NCBI GenBank assembly: GCA_964057225.1
Contig: OZ059895.1
Location: 15,066,001 to 15,130,000 of the forward strand
Length of the DNA stretch: 64,000 nt
DNA from: Auanema rhodensis
Taxonomy: Eukaryota; Animalia; Nematoda
Reading direction: 5' to 3'
The notes below the pieces were generated by a model, which saw only the letters and a list, made by a program, of their open reading frames with translations, was not told the DNA's origin and searched no databases. The translations under genes were made by a program, and so were the position numbers. Numbering within the stretch: the stretch's first letter is position 1; every line of letters begins with the position of its first letter. Positions 61,116 to 64,000 of the stretch are shown piece after piece.

Positions 61116-63983
61116 TATGGTTAAGTTAACTATACCATAGATGTAAGCCATAACCATAACTTCACAGAAGACAGCAATCAAAAGTCCCCAGGTTGTTCCA
61201 TAGATGATTAGCCATTCCATGATCAGTATTCCACCCTGCAATTCAGGCAAAATGCTTGTGTATTTGTTTATTTCCAATCGAATATCTTACACTCGTACAC
61301 ATGAAAATACCAATAACCATATAGAATAGGAATAGAATAGCTATGAATATCTCTCGATTCTTCTTAATGATTGGGAATTCATCAGACAACGCTGTTATGA
61401 TAGCTTCTGATCCTCCAAACTGTAATCAACATATACTCCGTTCGTTCGTCTTTTCATGAAAACAGCAACAGAAAAAATAAAAAATTCCACAAAAATCATA
61501 CGTTTTCACACAAATTTTCATTTTTTTTTCAACATTTTCCACACTTACCGAGCTGTCCAAACCGAGTGTCATGAGCATCAGGAAAAAGAGCACAGACCAT
61601 GCTGGTGCTCCAGGCATTGTAGCTAGTGCTTCTGGATAAACGACGAAAACAAGTCCTATAAGTATTAAATTCAGAATGTATTCTCGTACTAAGACCAATT
61701 ATATGAGTTGAAAGAAGAAAAAGACGTTTTCTCTCTCTTCTAAATAAGTTGTTCTGATGATCTTACCTGGCCCTTCTTGAGCTACTTGATCAATAGGCTT
61801 TCCGCTTTTGCATGACATATAGCCAAGTACCTGAATAATCAGAGACATGTATATGAGAGGTAGCTATAGATGAAAAAATAGAGAGAGATAGAGAGAGCGA
61901 GAGAGATAGAGAGATAAATCGAGTTAGATGAAACTTACAGAGAAAATGACAAAGCCAGATAAGAAACTTGTAGCACAATTAATGGTACTAGTCAATAGAG
62001 CATCCCTAAATTTCAAGTTTATACCATACAGTCTTAACTATGCCATCTAATTATTACATATAAACATTATTATGAAATTGATTATATGATGAATAAGCCA
62101 TTAAAACTCCAAATCCAGGTCCAAGTGAGAAGAAGACTTGTGTAGCTGCATCTTGCCATACGGATGGTTCCTGCAAAAGCCAAATTCTCGTAGAAGTCTC
62201 TGTTTAGAAAATTATTTCATCAGATAGTTAGTGGATTCTCTCGTATATGCTATATCTCAATCATCCTATATGCTCAAAAGTATTTAAATTTTGTCGTTTT
62301 TTTCCTTTTTTGAGTTCAGAAAAAAAGTTTTTTTCGGTTTGTTTTGATGCTGCAAGAAAAAATGCTTCGCCTCACACCTTAAGCATGGTGAAATTGGGTC
62401 GTAAGTAATAGTCAATTCCAACTTCAGATCCGGGAAGTGTAATTCCCCGTACAAACAGAATACCAAGAACCACATATGGAAATAAAGCTGTGAACCAGAC
62501 TACCTGAAAGAGATAGAAGTTTTGTAATAAAATATTGTAAACATTTGCAGATTTCTTGAAGGAGAAAGAGAGACAGAGAGGGGAGAGGGAGAGAGAGAGA
62601 AAGAAAAAAGTGAAAGGAAGGGGGAAAGAGAGAGCAAGAGAGCAAGATAAAGAAAAAGAGATTAAGAGACCTTTCCACTCATACCAATTCCTTTCCATAA
62701 CGAGAAGTAACAAATGAGATAGACGACAGCTAACGATAGCTGAAAATAGATGAATTTCCAGCGAATAGAAGCATTTTGCTTCATGTTCTTACAGCGATTT
62801 CATAGTTTACATCTCCCAGATTTTCGAGACTTCGAATTACATGAGATGTTGGCTCACCAGCAGCATGCAGACCCAGAAAGCCTTTGCTGAAAGTTTCTTC
62901 TATGTCATTCGTTGGTGGAAAGCAAATCGTTGTTTTGAATAAATATTGTTTTGTTTCGGTGCAATAGCCTTCAGGCTAAAGCATATAATCTTGAAACTAA
63001 CTAGAAATATTCTTCAGCAGCTGAAATCCGTAATGTTGTATCTTCATTGGCTGTTCGACATTGTGAGGAATGATCTTGACTCCAACTACAACAAACATCA
63101 AGCTTATACTCCAACTTAATCGTCTACAAGCTTACTCAGGTTCATAACAAGCTGGACTGTTATAAGTATTGTTGCAACTTGCCCAAGGCAATTTTAAATT
63201 AAAAGATGAATAGAGGTAATGAAGACCCCAAGCCAGAACAACGTTATAGAAAAAGTCCGTATAGAAGGCAATCATAATAACACAATAGCCAATTCCTGAA
63301 CATCAATATCACAAGTTTAATCAGTTTTGCGAGAATAAGCTTGAAAGTTGGTCAAGTTGTTTCTGGTTGAAAAACCTTTAAAAAGCGGACATATACGTCC
63401 CCAGGTAGTGATAGCTCCTCTGCGATAGTACTGTCCCAATGACAGCTCCATATAGAATAGGGGCACTCCAGCTATTAGAACCATAACGCAATACGGTATT
63501 AAGAAAACTCCTATATCATTCAAAATATATATATAATTAGCATAAATAACTGGAATTAGCATAAACAGCTTGAATGAAAGCTTGTTACCTCCTCCATTCT
63601 TGAAGCATAGATAAGGAAAACGCCATATGTTGCCTAAATCAACTGCAAATCCAACGACCGAAAGTAAGAAATCAATCTGAACAAATTTCAATATTAATGA
63701 TACAACTTGAAAAATGCTGTCAAGTTTTTACCTTAGTTGACCAAGTCTCTCGTTCACATTCTTTGATTTGAACGGTAGTATCAACAACTGTATTTACATC
63801 CTTAGATAATCCATTTGATTGACAATCATCGTCAAATTCATCTAAGAACAATTCAGTAAATGAGGAAAAATAATGAAATTTTTTAATTTTTATCGATTTT
63901 TTGATAAATAAAATTTGATTTTAATGTTACTTACTCTTTTCATTTTCGAAAATACTGCTAGATGAATTAAGAAAAACTGGCAT
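60494..63983 (-). CDS. dat-1: SLC6 sodium-dependent dopamine transporter
   Basis: [43 protein letters not shown]; SAAEEYFYKGFLGLH; [17 protein letters not shown]; [18 protein letters not shown]. The C-terminus [25 protein letters not shown] resembles the DAT-1 -DIML PDZ ligand. The 5' end may extend beyond the window. Confidence 0.93.
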
Positions 63984-64000
63984 AAAGCTGGCTGATATTT

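Noticed and set aside
62887-62976. Alternative upstream acceptor extending a dat-1 exon by about 90 nt
   Set aside because: The extension contains an in-frame stop; the downstream TTTCAG gives the conserved EEYFYKGFLG junction.

Overview
Eukaryotic, intron-rich, AT-rich genomic DNA from a rhabditid (Caenorhabditis-like) nematode, with many ~45-55 nt introns and TTTCAG acceptors. Ten spliced genes were reconstructed by hand: a pes-4/PCBP-like KH RNA-binding protein (+); a tightly packed minus-strand housekeeping cluster (set-2/SETD1, mmab-1, ula-1/NAE1, LENG8/THP3-like); a small secreted Gly/Tyr-rich peptide (-); an AEX-2-like 7TM receptor (+); vab-7/even-skipped (+); cut-6 (VWA-ZP cuticlin, +); and dat-1 (-). 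Most of the supplied ORF track is microsatellite noise. The most unexplained signal is a set of short non-coding islands of clustered ACGT/E-box cores, often with a POU-type TAATTAGCATA site and very AT-rich flanks, recurring roughly every 4 kb. Other observations include a sharp (GA)n-rich versus (GA)n-free domain structure, a CDE-CHR (DREAM-type) internal promoter with an alternative first exon inside set-2, and a perfect 100-bp tandem repeat. All coordinates were read by eye and may be off by a few bases.
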